From Alphaproteobacteria bacterium (GTDB lineage Bacteria > Pseudomonadota > Alphaproteobacteria > HIMB59 > GCA-002718135), in contig JBJKYT010000036.1 in the NCBI GenBank assembly GCA_045560915.1, positions 1-41,495 on the forward strand: DNA of 41,495 nt, given 5' to 3'. Below are positions 1 through 11,384 of this stretch, piece after piece; position 1 is the first letter of the stretch, and the number at the start of each line of letters is the position of its first letter. Under the pieces are notes generated by a model. It searched no databases, was not told the DNA's origin, and worked only from the letters and a program-made list of their open reading frames with translations. The translations under genes and the position numbers were made by a program.

Positions 1-184
1 AATCTTTTATATCACTATCAATAATTAATTTTCTTTCTTCAATTGATAATAAAGGAGTTTTATTATCGTTATCTGCTATACCAATTATTAGTTTATCAAC
101 TATTTTTAATGAACGTTTTATTACATCAATATGCCCAAATGTTAATGGATCAAATGTTCCTGGATAAATTCCTATTTTGTCCAT
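1..184 (-). CDS. coaD: phosphopantetheine adenylyltransferase, 5' part (runs off window start)
   Basis: Manual translation [37 protein letters not shown] has the YPGTFDPxTxGH motif; ATG overlaps the gyrA stop (TAATG). Confidence 0.95.
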   Translation of the reverse strand, partial: MDKIGIYPGTFDPLTFGHIDVIKRSLKIVDKLIIGIADNDNKTPLLSIEERKLIIDSDIKD

Positions 185-2856
185 TATACTTCTTCTAATT
201 CCTGAATTCTTGAAACATTGACAATTTTGTCACTTTCAGGAATTTTAAATATTGAAACTCCTTGAGTAGACCTTCCAGCTATTCTTACTTGGTTTATATT
301 TACTCTAATTATTTGACCTTTATCGCTAACTAAAATAATTTGATCTTTTTCACTCACTACAAAACAATCAACTACTTTTCCATTTTTATTGGTTGATAAT
401 ATACCAGTAATTCCCTTTCCTCCCCTATTAGATATTCTGTATTCATAAGCTGAAGATCTTTTTCCATATCCCTTTGAAGTAATTGATAATAAAAACTCTT
501 CGTTGTTTAACAAATCATTATATTCAGGCTTTGATAAATTTTTTGTTTTTCTATTTTCAGATGCAAATTTTAAATAATCACTTCGTATTTTCATATCTAT
601 TTCTGAATGTTTTAATATTGATTGAGAAATAACAAAATTATTATTATCCATTTTAATTCCTCTTACTCCTGCAGAGTTTAAACCACTAAATAATCTTAAC
701 TTCGATAAAGGGAATCTTAGACATTTACCATTATTTGTAGATAAAAGAATATCTTCATAGTTAGATGCAATCTTTACACTTATTAATTCATCATCAGGAT
801 TTAACTTAATACTTAGTTTTCCAGATTCTCGTAAATCTCTTTTTCCACTCTTTGCAACATCTAATAAATTATTTTTTCTAATCATTCCTTTTTTTGTAGC
901 AAATACTACTAATAACTTTGACCATTCATTATCATTAATAGGTAAGGGTAAAAAAGTAGCAATTTTTTCATTTTTAGCAAAAGGTAATAAATTAACAATT
1001 GGCTTTCCTCGAGCTTTTAAACTTGCTTCTGGAATATCATGGCATCTTAAAGAGTAAACCTTACCTAAAGAAGAAAAAACTAATAGTTTATTGTGAGTTG
1101 TTGCAAGATGAATTTCTTTTACAAAATCCTCTTCCCGAGTTGACATTCCAGTCTTGCCTTTGCCTCCTCTTTTTTGAGCTCTATAATTTTCTAATAATGA
1201 TCTTTTGATATATCCATTATTTGAAATTGTTATGATTATATCTTCTTGTTGAATATAACTTATATCATCAATTTGTTCATACTCTTTGTTAATAATTTCA
1301 CTTCTTCTAGGTGTTGAAAATTCTTCTTTTATCTCTTTTAATTCTTTTTTTATAACTTCTAAAAGAATTTTTCTTGAACTTAAAATATCCAAAAATCCTT
1401 TAATTTCTATAACAATTTTTTCTAAGTCTTTTTTTATATCTTCTCTTTCTAAACTTGTGAGACGGTGTAAACGTAACTCAAGAATAGATTTTGCTTGAGT
1501 TTCTGTTAACTGAAAACTGTTACCATTTATTTGATTTGTTTGATCATCTATTAATTTAATAAAATCTATATTCTCTTTTGACAATTTCCATTTAGTTTTA
1601 ATTAACTTTTCTTTTGCATCTTTTGAATCCTTAGATTTTTTAATAAGATCTATAATATTATCTATATTATCATTAGCGACAACTAAACCTATTAAGATAT
1701 GTGCTTTATCTCTTGCTTTATTTAAATCGAATACTGTTCTTTTAGTTACAATTTCCTCTCTAAAATCTATAAAAGATAATAATATATCTTTTAAATTCAT
1801 TTGTTCAGGCTTACCTTTATTAAGAGCAAGCATATTTGAATTAAAAGTAGTTTGAAGCAATGTATGTTTATAAAGTTGATTTAGAACTATATTAGAATCT
1901 ACATCTTTTTTTAATTCTATCACTACTCTAACTCCATTACGATCAGATTCATCTCGAAGATCAGATATACCTTCAATAATATTATTCTTTACTGTTTCAG
2001 CTATTTTTTCAATTAATTTAGACTTGTTAACTTGATAGGGAATTTCATTAATAATTATTGCTTCTCTGTCTTTTTTGAAATTTTCGATTAAAGTTTTTGA
2101 TCTCAATACACAGGCACCTCTGCCAGTATTAAATGCATCTTTAATTCCTTTATTTCCAATTATTTGACAGCCAGTAGGAAAATCTGGACCAAGAATAAAT
2201 TTATTTAATTCATCTATAGAGGCATCAGGGTTATCAATACAAAATAAAGTGGCATCTATTACTTCTCCTAGATTATGTGGTGCAATATTTGTAGCCATCC
2301 CAACTGCAATTCCAGAAGCTCCATTAACTAAAATATTGGGATACTGAGCAGGTAGAACACTTGGTTCATTGGTTGTATCATCATAGTTTGGTTGAAAATT
2401 GACAGTGTTTTTTTCTAAATCTGTAACAATTTTTTCTGAAATTTTTGATAATCTTGCTTCTGTATATCTCATAGCAGCAGGAGGGTCGCCATCTTGAGAT
2501 CCAAAATTTCCTTGTCCATCAATTAGCTCTAATCTCATAGAAAAATCTTGAGCCATTCTCACCATAGAGTCGTAAATTGCTGAGTCTCCATGAGGATGGT
2601 ATTTACCCATAACATCCCCTACAATTCTTGCAGATTTCTTATAAGATTTATTATAATTATAGCCAGATTCATTCATAGCGTATAGAATTCGCCTATGAAC
2701 TGGTTTTAAACCATCTCTACAATCAGGTAAAGCTCTCGAAACAATAACGGACATCGCATAATCTAAATACGATTTCTTCATTTCTTCTACTAATGAGATA
2801 TTAGTAATTTTATCTTCTTTTAAAGAAGATTTAGGCGAGTCAATATTTTCAGACAA
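184..2856 (-). CDS. gyrA: DNA gyrase subunit A
   Basis: HPHGDSAIY, catalytic AAMRYTE and the GyrA-box QKRGGKG (distinguishes it from ParC); TTG start. Confidence 0.97.
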   Translation of the reverse strand: MSENIDSPKSSLKEDKITNISLVEEMKKSYLDYAMSVIVSRALPDCRDGLKPVHRRILYAMNESGYNYNKSYKKSARIVGDVMGKYHPHGDSAIYDSMVRMAQDFSMRLELIDGQGNFGSQDGDPPAAMRYTEARLSKISEKIVTDLEKNTVNFQPNYDDTTNEPSVLPAQYPNILVNGASGIAVGMATNIAPHNLGEVIDATLFCIDNPDASIDELNKFILGPDFPTGCQIIGNKGIKDAFNTGRGACVLRSKTLIENFKKDREAIIINEIPYQVNKSKLIEKIAETVKNNIIEGISDLRDESDRNGVRVVIELKKDVDSNIVLNQLYKHTLLQTTFNSNMLALNKGKPEQMNLKDILLSFIDFREEIVTKRTVFDLNKARDKAHILIGLVVANDNIDNIIDLIKKSKDSKDAKEKLIKTKWKLSKENIDFIKLIDDQTNQINGNSFQLTETQAKSILELRLHRLTSLEREDIKKDLEKIVIEIKGFLDILSSRKILLEVIKKELKEIKEEFSTPRRSEIINKEYEQIDDISYIQQEDIIITISNNGYIKRSLLENYRAQKRGGKGKTGMSTREEDFVKEIHLATTHNKLLVFSSLGKVYSLRCHDIPEASLKARGKPIVNLLPFAKNEKIATFLPLPINDNEWSKLLVVFATKKGMIRKNNLLDVAKSGKRDLRESGKLSIKLNPDDELISVKIASNYEDILLSTNNGKCLRFPLSKLRLFSGLNSAGVRGIKMDNNNFVISQSILKHSEIDMKIRSDYLKFASENRKTKNLSKPEYNDLLNNEEFLLSITSKGYGKRSSAYEYRISNRGGKGITGILSTNKNGKVVDCFVVSEKDQIILVSDKGQIIRVNINQVRIAGRSTQGVSIFKIPESDKIVNVSRIQELEEV

Positions 2857-2997
2857 AATAAAAAATCCTTATTTTCAGGTAAAAAGTTCTTTTTTTATAT
2901 CAAAAAAAACTATTGCCAACAATAGTAATAAATCTATTTATAAAGATTAAATAACTAATAATTTCAATAATTTAAAATATATAATTAATAGATTTTA

Positions 2998-3447
2998 TTA
3001 AAAAGGAATGTCATCATCAGCAGATGAAGAATCACTAATTTCACTAGTAAAAGAATCATCAGTTGAATTTTCTATAGATTGTGCAGGAGTAGAGGAATTA
3101 CTACCTAACATAGTTAAATTGCTATTATATCCCTGTAGAACTACCTCAGTCGTATATCTATCATTTCCATCTTTGTCTTGATATTTTCTTGTATTAAGCT
3201 CTCCTTCTACGTAAATTTTAGAACCTTTTTTTACATATTTTTCAATAACATCAACAAGACCCTCATTAAAAACAACAATATTATGCCATGAAGTGCTTTC
3301 TTTTTGCTCTTGAGTGTTTTTATCTTTCCATCTTTTAGAGGTAGCAATAGAAAATGATGCCATTTTCTTACCTGATTGCATGGATCTTATATCAGGATCT
3401 CTCCCAAGATTTCCTAATAGAATTACTTTATTTACACTACCAACCAT
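2998..3447 (-). CDS. ssb: single-stranded DNA-binding protein
   Basis: MVGSVNKVILLGNLGRDP start and acidic DDDIPF tail; true start at 3447, not the 3645 of the ORF track. Confidence 0.96.
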   Translation of the reverse strand: MVGSVNKVILLGNLGRDPDIRSMQSGKKMASFSIATSKRWKDKNTQEQKESTSWHNIVVFNEGLVDVIEKYVKKGSKIYVEGELNTRKYQDKDGNDRYTTEVVLQGYNSNLTMLGSNSSTPAQSIENSTDDSFTSEISDSSSADDDIPF

Positions 3448-3508
3448 AAAAAAATTTAATATATATCTATTTATAACAAAATAATTAAATTCACTAACTA
3501 TATTTTCA

Positions 3509-6334
3509 ATGAATCTGGATAAAATAATAATAAAAGGTGCAAAAGAACATAACTTAAAAAATATAAGTTTAGAGATTCCAAAAAATAAATTAGTTGTAAT
3601 TACTGGAGTTAGTGGATCAGGAAAATCAACATTGGCTTTTGACACTATCTACTCTGAAGGACAAAGAAAATATGTAGAAAGTTTATCTGCTTACGCAAGG
3701 CAATTTTTACAAATGATGGATAAACCTGATGTAGAAAGTATTGATGGTTTATCACCTGCAATTTCTATAGAACAAAAAACTACTCAAAAAAACCCAAGAA
3801 GCACAGTAGGTACAGTAACTGAAATTTACGATTATTTAAGAGTTTTATTTGCAAGAATAGGTATTCCTTATTCTCCAGCAACTGGATTACCTATAAAATC
3901 ACAATCTGTAAGTGAAATTACTGATAATATATTAAATAATAATTTAGGTAAAAAAATTTATATTCTTTCACCTATTGTTCGTGATCGAAAAGGTGAATAC
4001 AAAAAAGAAATCGAGGAAATAAAAAGAAAAGGATACCAAAGATTAAGAATTGATAAAATAATTTATGAGATAGATGAAGTTCCAAATTTAAAAAAAAATT
4101 TTAAGCATAATATTGAAGTTTTAATAGATAGGTTAAATGTTAAAGAAAATATTAAGCAAAGATTATCAGAAAGCATTGAAACAGCTTTGACATTGTCAGA
4201 TGGGCTTATATATGTTCAAAATCTAGAAAATGATAAAATAGAAATTTATTCATCAAAATTTGCTTGTCCCGTCTCTGGATTTACTATTGAAGAAATTGAG
4301 CCAAGATTATTTTCCTTTAATGCGCCTCAAGGTGCATGTGAAGAATGTGATGGATTAGGAGTAGAAAAATATTTTGATGAAAGAAAAATTATTCCAGATG
4401 AAACAAGATCTGTAAATCAAGGAGCAATAAAACCTTGGGAAACAAAAGTTTTTGGCAGACAAAGGAGATTATTTATAGAAACTATAAATAAAATATTAAA
4501 GAATTATAAAATATCAATCAATACAACTTGGGAAAAAATACCTTTAAAAATCAAAAATATAATTCTGGATGGTGATAAAAAAAATGAAATAAAAAATTTA
4601 GATAACTTTGAAGGAATTATAAATTATATTGATCGCAAATATAATGAAACTGAAAGATGGTGGGTTCAATATGAATTAGAAAAATACTTATCAGAAAGAG
4701 ATTGTGAAATTTGTGAAGGATTTCGCTTAAATAAAAAACCATTATCAATTAAAATAGATAATGCACATATTGGAGAAGTAACTAAAAAATCAATAAAAGA
4801 GTGTCTAGATTGGTTTGAAAATTTATCAAAGAAATTAAATAAAAATCAATTAACTATAGCAAATACAATAATTAAAGAAATTTATGAGAGGCTTAATTTT
4901 TTAAATAAGGTTGGATTAGATTATATTTCTTTATCAAGAGCTAGCAAAACATTGTCTGGAGGAGAAAGTCAGAGAATTAGACTTGCTAGTCAAATAGGAT
5001 CAGGATTAACAGGAGTGCTATATGTTTTGGATGAACCATCTATTGGTCTTCATCAAAAAGATAATCGTCAATTGATTGAAACATTATTCAGATTAAGAGA
5101 TTTGGGTAATACTGTAATAGTAGTAGAACACGATGAAGAAGCTATTAAAAATGCAGATCATATTATTGATATTGGTGTTGGTGCAGGTATTCATGGAGGA
5201 GAGATTATAGCTCAAGGATCAATAGAAAATATTACTAAAAATAAAAAAAGTTTGACTGGTCAATATATAAATAAAGAAAAAGATATTATTTTACCTAAAA
5301 TAAGAAGAAAAACAGATAAAAATAAAATACTTAAGATTCACAAAGCAAATTTAAACAATCTTAAAGATTTATCAGTGAACTTTCCGTTAAGTAATTTTAT
5401 TTGTGTAACAGGAGTATCTGGTAGTGGAAAATCATCATTAGTAATAGATACATTATATCAACGCTTAGATGAATATTTTAATAAATCACTAAATAAAGAA
5501 GAAAAAAATTTTAATATTAGTGGAGTTAAGAATATAGATAAAATAATTGACATAGATCAATCTCCAATTGGTAGAACTCCTAGATCAAATCCTGCAACAT
5601 ATACAGGTTGTTTTACACCTATAAGGGAATGGTACACTACTCTAAATGAATCTCAAATTAGAGGTTATAAGCCTGGAAGATTTTCGTTCAATGTTAAAGG
5701 TGGAAGATGTGAGTCTTGTGAAGGTGATGGAGTCAAAAAAATAGAAATGCATTTCTTAGCAGATGTTTATGTAGAATGTGATGTATGTAAAGGTAGTAGA
5801 TATAATAGAGAAACATTAGAAGTAAAATATAAAGAAAAATCTATTTCAGATGTGTTAAACATGACAGTAGAAGAAGGATATAAATTTTTTTATAAAATTC
5901 CATCAATAAAACAAAAGCTTGAAACTTTAATGAATGTTGGTTTGGATTATATAAAAATTGGTCAATCAGCTACCACTTTATCTGGTGGAGAAGCACAAAG
6001 AATAAAATTATCTAAAGAATTATCTAAAAGATCTACTGGAAAAACTTTGTATATTTTAGATGAGCCAACAACTGGCTTACATTTTGAAGATGTAAATAAA
6101 CTTTTAAAAATACTACATAAATTAGTCGATGAAGGAAATACAGTAATAGTAATTGAACATAATTTAGATGTAATTAAAACTGCTGATCATATAATAGATT
6201 TAGGTCCTTTAGGAGGAAATAAAGGAGGAGAAATTGTTAGCATAGGAAAACCTGAAGAAGTTGCAAAAAATAAAAAAAGCTTTACAGGTAAATTTCTAAA
6301 AGATATCTTAAATCAAAAAAAGGGAATAAAATGA
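3509..6334 (+). CDS. uvrA: excinuclease ABC subunit A
   Basis: Two GVSGSGKS Walker A motifs, two LSGGE signatures, CxxC zinc fingers; divergent from ssb as in other alphaproteobacteria. Confidence 0.98.
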   Translation: MNLDKIIIKGAKEHNLKNISLEIPKNKLVVITGVSGSGKSTLAFDTIYSEGQRKYVESLSAYARQFLQMMDKPDVESIDGLSPAISIEQKTTQKNPRSTVGTVTEIYDYLRVLFARIGIPYSPATGLPIKSQSVSEITDNILNNNLGKKIYILSPIVRDRKGEYKKEIEEIKRKGYQRLRIDKIIYEIDEVPNLKKNFKHNIEVLIDRLNVKENIKQRLSESIETALTLSDGLIYVQNLENDKIEIYSSKFACPVSGFTIEEIEPRLFSFNAPQGACEECDGLGVEKYFDERKIIPDETRSVNQGAIKPWETKVFGRQRRLFIETINKILKNYKISINTTWEKIPLKIKNIILDGDKKNEIKNLDNFEGIINYIDRKYNETERWWVQYELEKYLSERDCEICEGFRLNKKPLSIKIDNAHIGEVTKKSIKECLDWFENLSKKLNKNQLTIANTIIKEIYERLNFLNKVGLDYISLSRASKTLSGGESQRIRLASQIGSGLTGVLYVLDEPSIGLHQKDNRQLIETLFRLRDLGNTVIVVEHDEEAIKNADHIIDIGVGAGIHGGEIIAQGSIENITKNKKSLTGQYINKEKDIILPKIRRKTDKNKILKIHKANLNNLKDLSVNFPLSNFICVTGVSGSGKSSLVIDTLYQRLDEYFNKSLNKEEKNFNISGVKNIDKIIDIDQSPIGRTPRSNPATYTGCFTPIREWYTTLNESQIRGYKPGRFSFNVKGGRCESCEGDGVKKIEMHFLADVYVECDVCKGSRYNRETLEVKYKEKSISDVLNMTVEEGYKFFYKIPSIKQKLETLMNVGLDYIKIGQSATTLSGGEAQRIKLSKELSKRSTGKTLYILDEPTTGLHFEDVNKLLKILHKLVDEGNTVIVIEHNLDVIKTADHIIDLGPLGGNKGGEIVSIGKPEEVAKNKKSFTGKFLKDILNQKKGIK

Positions 6335-6933
6335 TTAAACTTGAGTTACCAGATTTACCTTATAGTAAGGATGCACTTCAGCCATATATGTCGGCTGAAA
6401 CATTAGAACTGCATCATGATAAACATCATCAAGCTTATGTTACTAATGGCAATAAATTTATTGAAGAACAAAATCTTAGTGAATCAAGTATAAATGAAAT
6501 TGTTATTAATTCTTATAAAAACAATAATGCTCCTGTTTTTAATAATGTCTCACAACATATCAATCATATTCATTTCTGGGAAATTATGTCAAATAATCCT
6601 GAAGGAAAAATACCTGGAGAATTAGAATCAAAAATTACAAATGATTTTGGATCAGTCGATCAAATGAAAAATGATTTCATAAATGCTGGAATAACTCAAT
6701 TTGGTTCAGGTTGGTGTTGGTTAGTGCTAAATAATGGAAAACTTGAAGTTACAAAAACTCCTAATGCTGAAAATCCAATAGTTCATGGACATATACCTCT
6801 TTTAGGTTGTGATGTGTGGGAACATTCATATTACGTAGATTTTAAAAATAGAAGACCTGACTACTTAAAAAGTTTTATAGATAATTTAGTAAATTGGGAA
6901 AAAGTAAACGAAGAATTTACAAAGAATAATTAA
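6331..6933 (+). CDS. sodB: superoxide dismutase, Fe-type
   Basis: HHDKHHQAY and DVWEHSYY; SQHINH and TPNAENP residues favour Fe over Mn specificity. Confidence 0.88.
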   Translation: MIKLELPDLPYSKDALQPYMSAETLELHHDKHHQAYVTNGNKFIEEQNLSESSINEIVINSYKNNNAPVFNNVSQHINHIHFWEIMSNNPEGKIPGELESKITNDFGSVDQMKNDFINAGITQFGSGWCWLVLNNGKLEVTKTPNAENPIVHGHIPLLGCDVWEHSYYVDFKNRRPDYLKSFIDNLVNWEKVNEEFTKNN

Positions 6934-7830
6934 TTACTCATCATCCTGCGGTCTAAACTTAAATAATAAGAGAGTTGGGACCGCAATAAATATAGATGAA
7001 TATGTTCCTATAATTACACCTATAACCATAGCAAAAGCAAAGGGTCTAATAACTTCACCTCCAAGGAAATATAGTGAGAATAATGCAATTAAAGTTGTTA
7101 AACTTGTCATTACAGTTCTAGATAAAGTATTATTGATAGAAATATTGAAAAGTTCTTTCATATCTAATTTTTTATATTTTCTTAAATTTTCTCTAATTCT
7201 GTCATACACAACAACGGAGTCATTAATACTATAGCCGCAGATAGTTAATATTGCAGCAATACTAGCAAGAGAAAAATCAATTTTAAGAAGAGATAAAACA
7301 CCTAAAGTAAATAAGACGTCATGAGTTAACGCAACTACTGCACCAAAACCAAATTGCCACTCAAATCTTAACCAAATATAAAATAATATAGCTATTAACG
7401 CAAAAGATATAGCTTGAAGACCTTTCCAAAGTAATTCCGAACTAATAGTTGGTCCAACAAATTCAGATCTTCTAAACTCTTCAACTTTATCATCTATTAG
7501 ATCTTTAACTTTATTAATTGTTTCAATACTTTCTTCATTAGAATTATTTTGCAATCTTATGATTATAGTTTGTGAATTTCCAAATTCTTGTAATGAAACA
7601 TCATTGAAATGTGGTGATAAAACACTTCTTAACTCTCCAATATCTGAGGTTTTTGTTGTTACTTCAACTAATGTTCCTCCCTTAAAATCAATTCCTAAAT
7701 TTAATCCTCTAAATGATAAAAGAAACACTGAAATAACAATTAAAAAAATTGATAAATAGATAAAATAATTTTTTAATTTCATAAAATCATAATTAGAATT
7801 AGTAGGAATTATTTTATTTAAACCAAACAT
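6934..7830 (-). CDS. secF: protein translocase subunit SecF
   Basis: LGIDFKGGT, VGPTI, GYSINDSVVVYDRIREN motifs. Confidence 0.96.
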   Translation of the reverse strand: MFGLNKIIPTNSNYDFMKLKNYFIYLSIFLIVISVFLLSFRGLNLGIDFKGGTLVEVTTKTSDIGELRSVLSPHFNDVSLQEFGNSQTIIIRLQNNSNEESIETINKVKDLIDDKVEEFRRSEFVGPTISSELLWKGLQAISFALIAILFYIWLRFEWQFGFGAVVALTHDVLFTLGVLSLLKIDFSLASIAAILTICGYSINDSVVVYDRIRENLRKYKKLDMKELFNISINNTLSRTVMTSLTTLIALFSLYFLGGEVIRPFAFAMVIGVIIGTYSSIFIAVPTLLLFKFRPQDDE

Positions 7831-9380
7831 TATAAATTAATTTCCTTTTTTTTAGAGAAAGAATACCATAAATAGACTAAAAAGTTTGTAAACATAATTG
7901 CACTAAACATTGATGCAAATATTCCTAAAGATAAAGTTATTGAAAAACCTTTAATGGGACCTGAGCCAAAAACAAACAATAGCAAAGATGCAATTAATGT
8001 AGTTATATTAGCATCTAAAATTGTAGACATAGCTTTGTCAAATCCATTTTTAATTGCAGATAAAGTTTTTGTTTTTTTTGAAAATTCTTCTTTAATTCTT
8101 TCAAAGATTAATACATTTGCATCGACAGCAATACCTATAGTTAATACTATTCCTGCAATACCAGGTAGGGTTAAAGTGGCACCAATGACACCTAATAAAG
8201 CAATTATAATGAATAAATTTATTATAAGCGATATACTAGCTAAGATGCCAAAAATCCCATAAATTAAAATCATAAATATACAGACAAAAATCATACCAAT
8301 AATAGAGGCAATTTTACCTGCATCGATAGAATCAGATCCTAAAGATGCTCCAACGGACCTTTCTTCAATGATTTCCAAAGGTGCTGGTAGAGCGCCTGCT
8401 CTTAAAAGAACAGCTAAATCAGCTGCCTCCTGACTGGTAAAATTACCTGTAATTATTCCTGAACCCCCTGTTATCGCAGAGTTAATAACTGGAGCTGTAA
8501 TAACAACTCCATCTAATATCACTGCAAATCTTTTGCCAACATTTTCGCTTGTAGCTTTTCCAAATTTTTGTGCACCTGTTGTATCAAATCTAAATGAAAC
8601 TGCATGTCCTTGTTGAGGATCAAATGATCCTTTCGCATCAATAAGATTTTCGCCCCCTACTCTGGATTTTTTTTCTACTAGATATTTTGTACTAGAATCA
8701 TAAAAATCAGTAACTATTAATTTTCCAAATGGAGCTTTATTTGATTGCAATGAAGTTTGATCTTCATCATCAACCATATGAAATGTTAATTTAGCAGTTT
8801 TACCTAATAATTCTTTTATTCTTTCAGGATCTTTGACACCAGGTAATTGTAGAAGAATTCTATTTTTTCCAGATCTTTGGATCAAAGGTTCTTTAGTTCC
8901 AGATTCATCTATTCTTTTACGAACAATTTCTAATGATTGTTTTAAGGCAGAATCTCTAATAGATTTTTTAAAATTATCATTAATTATAACTTTAAGTATA
9001 TTATTGTTTATAACAACATTAACATTATTATAATTCTTTATAAATTCTTTTCGAATATCTTCTAGCTTTAGAGAATTCATAAATCTAAATGATATTTGAT
9101 CATCTTGAATATTTATATCTGTTAAATTTATTTGAAAATTTCTTGAAATTAATCTTATTGAATCACTAATGTTCTCTAATTCTTCTTTAAAAAGAACATC
9201 TGATTGTACTTCTAAAAGTAGATATGATCCACCTTGTAAATCTAAACCTAAATTAATTTTATTTTCTAAAAACCAATTTTCTGTATCTTCTTGATATAAA
9301 ATAGATGGTATAGAAAAAATTATTCCAGAAGATATTACAAGAAATACTATTAATGATTTCCACAAGGGATAATTTTTCAT
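7830..9380 (-). CDS. secD: protein translocase subunit SecD
   Basis: LGLDLQGG, LRAGALPAP, AVDANVLIFERIKEE motifs. Confidence 0.96.
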   Translation of the reverse strand: MKNYPLWKSLIVFLVISSGIIFSIPSILYQEDTENWFLENKINLGLDLQGGSYLLLEVQSDVLFKEELENISDSIRLISRNFQINLTDINIQDDQISFRFMNSLKLEDIRKEFIKNYNNVNVVINNNILKVIINDNFKKSIRDSALKQSLEIVRKRIDESGTKEPLIQRSGKNRILLQLPGVKDPERIKELLGKTAKLTFHMVDDEDQTSLQSNKAPFGKLIVTDFYDSSTKYLVEKKSRVGGENLIDAKGSFDPQQGHAVSFRFDTTGAQKFGKATSENVGKRFAVILDGVVITAPVINSAITGGSGIITGNFTSQEAADLAVLLRAGALPAPLEIIEERSVGASLGSDSIDAGKIASIIGMIFVCIFMILIYGIFGILASISLIINLFIIIALLGVIGATLTLPGIAGIVLTIGIAVDANVLIFERIKEEFSKKTKTLSAIKNGFDKAMSTILDANITTLIASLLLFVFGSGPIKGFSITLSLGIFASMFSAIMFTNFLVYLWYSFSKKKEINL

Positions 9381-9385
9381 CTATA

Positions 9386-9730
9386 TTATTTTTTTTTACC
9401 AAATAAGCCTGAGAAAATTCCACCTTTGTTTTCAGTAGAAGGATCTGTTTTTATTTTTGGTTTTTCTTGTGTAATATATAAATCAGCTACCATACCTGGT
9501 GCAATCTTGATTTCTACTTCGTTGGAAATTTCTACGTTCAATTCCCTATTATCATTTACTTTACTTATTTTACCAATGATCCCGCCAGAAGTAATTATTT
9601 TATCTCCTTTTTTTAAATTATTAAGCATTTCTTTATGTAGCTTAACTTTTTTTTGCTGAGGTCTGATTAATAAGATATAAAATACACCAAATATTAAAAT
9701 TAGTGGTAAAAAAGCTCCTATTCCTTCCAT
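9386..9730 (-). CDS. yajC: preprotein translocase subunit YajC
   Basis: N-terminal TM helix then IRPQQKK and KGDKIITSGGIIG; first gene of yajC-secD-secF. Confidence 0.95.
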   Translation of the reverse strand: MEGIGAFLPLILIFGVFYILLIRPQQKKVKLHKEMLNNLKKGDKIITSGGIIGKISKVNDNRELNVEISNEVEIKIAPGMVADLYITQEKPKIKTDPSTENKGGIFSGLFGKKK

Positions 9731-9811
9731 AAAAATCCTATTTTATTTAATTTGAGGATTTTCTTATACTGTGTAAAAGAAAAATGCAATTATAGTTAAA
9801 TAAAGATTAAA

Positions 9812-10618
9812 ATGGGTTTTTTTGCTAATTTATTAATAAAAAGTCAATTAGACAAATTTAATGCATTTATTTGGAATACCAATAAAAACAGTTTTGATCC
9901 TATTGTTAATATAAAAACAATTAATTTAGATTTAATTATTGGCATCGAAAGACAAAAAAAAATTCTTTTAGAAAATACTGAGAATTTTTCATTAGGTAAT
10001 TTTACTAATAATGCTTTACTTTGGGGCTCTAGAGGTAACGGCAAAAGTACTTTAATTAAATCTATATTTATTAAACTATCAAAAAGTTATAAAAATTTAA
10101 AATTAATTCAACTAAACAAAAATGATATTTTTGATATTGAATCAATTTATAAAAAAATTTCTAAATATTCAAAAAAAAGATTTATTATTTTTATTGATGA
10201 TTTATCATTTGAAAAAATTGATAATGAATATAAAATCATTAAATCTACTCTTGATGGAAGTATTCAAAATCAACCAACAAATATCATTTTATATGTAACT
10301 TCAAATAGAAGACATTTAATGCCAAGAGATATGATTGATAATGAAAGATCATCAGCTATTCATACAGATGAAAGTGTCGATGAAAAAATAAGTTTAAGTG
10401 ATAGATTTGGACTATGGATAGGATTTCACAATCTAGATCAAAGTGTTTATTTGGATATTATCAAAAATTACTGCAATCATTATAAAATTTCATATAATCA
10501 AGATATTGAAAAAAGATCTATACAATGGTCTGTTCAAAGAGGTAATAGAACAGGAAGAACAGCATGGCAATTTATAATTCAATTAGCCGCAGAAAAAAAT
10601 TTAAGAATTGATTTTTAA
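9812..10618 (+). CDS. DUF815-family AAA+ ATPase
   Basis: Walker A WGSRGNGKS, Walker B FIIFIDDLSF, TSNRRHL and EKISLSDRFGLW motifs. Confidence 0.85.
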   Translation: MGFFANLLIKSQLDKFNAFIWNTNKNSFDPIVNIKTINLDLIIGIERQKKILLENTENFSLGNFTNNALLWGSRGNGKSTLIKSIFIKLSKSYKNLKLIQLNKNDIFDIESIYKKISKYSKKRFIIFIDDLSFEKIDNEYKIIKSTLDGSIQNQPTNIILYVTSNRRHLMPRDMIDNERSSAIHTDESVDEKISLSDRFGLWIGFHNLDQSVYLDIIKNYCNHYKISYNQDIEKRSIQWSVQRGNRTGRTAWQFIIQLAAEKNLRIDF

Positions 10619-11338
10619 TTTTTTCTCTAATTTTCTTATGAAATAAGAAATAATCAAAATTAAAACAAAGTATTCTAAAACTAAAAAGGTATAAATTTCT
10701 AAAGGTCTATAAACTGTAACAACTAATTCATTAGCTTTTCTTGTAAGATCAGCTAAACCAATAATAGACACCAAGGACGACATTTTTAAAACATAAACAA
10801 ATTGATTGCCTATTGCAGGTAGAATAATTCTTATTGCTTGAGGCAGAATGATTAATCTCATTTCTTGTGCTTTACTTAAACCAATAGATTTTGCTGCATC
10901 TTTTTGTCCTGAACCAATAGATTGTAATCCTGCTCTAAAAATTTCAGCTTCAAATGCTGCATCACTCAATGAAAGAGAAATAATACCAGCCATAAAAGCA
11001 CCTATGCTAATACCAAAAATTACCGGTAAACCATAATATACCCAAAGTAAAAGTACTAACAAAGGAACAGCTCTAAAAAATTCTATATAAGATCTATTAA
11101 CTAAAATTAATAATTTATTGTTACTTAAACCTGGTAATGCAATAAAAAAACCTATGAAAATAGAAATAATTATAGATATTAAAGAAATACTTATCGTTAG
11201 ACCTAAACCGCTAATTAAAAACTCAAGATTAGTTAATCCACTTTCAAGTCTAGGATCTAATATATACCATCCCCAATTATAATTACTAGAACATGAAGTT
11301 AATGATAATAATAATAAAATATAAAGAAATTTCACCAA
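10601..11338 (-). CDS. polar amino acid ABC transporter permease (HisM/GlnP type)
   Basis: YIEFFRAVPLLV, AEIFRAG and IILPQAIR motifs; N-terminal lipobox-like LTSC. Confidence 0.9.
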   Translation of the reverse strand: MVKFLYILLLLSLTSCSSNYNWGWYILDPRLESGLTNLEFLISGLGLTISISLISIIISIFIGFFIALPGLSNNKLLILVNRSYIEFFRAVPLLVLLLWVYYGLPVIFGISIGAFMAGIISLSLSDAAFEAEIFRAGLQSIGSGQKDAAKSIGLSKAQEMRLIILPQAIRIILPAIGNQFVYVLKMSSLVSIIGLADLTRKANELVVTVYRPLEIYTFLVLEYFVLILIISYFIRKLEKKLKINS

Positions 11339-11384
11339 GTAGTTATATTATAGAAAAAAAAAATTAGTAAAGTAAAAACAGTTG

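Noticed and set aside
2895-2920. Sigma-54-like TTGGCA upstream of gyrA (minus strand)
   Set aside because: No TTGC at the -12 position.
3448-3645. 65-aa N-terminal extension of Ssb
   Set aside because: It is antisense to the start of uvrA; the Ssb family N-terminus begins at 3447.
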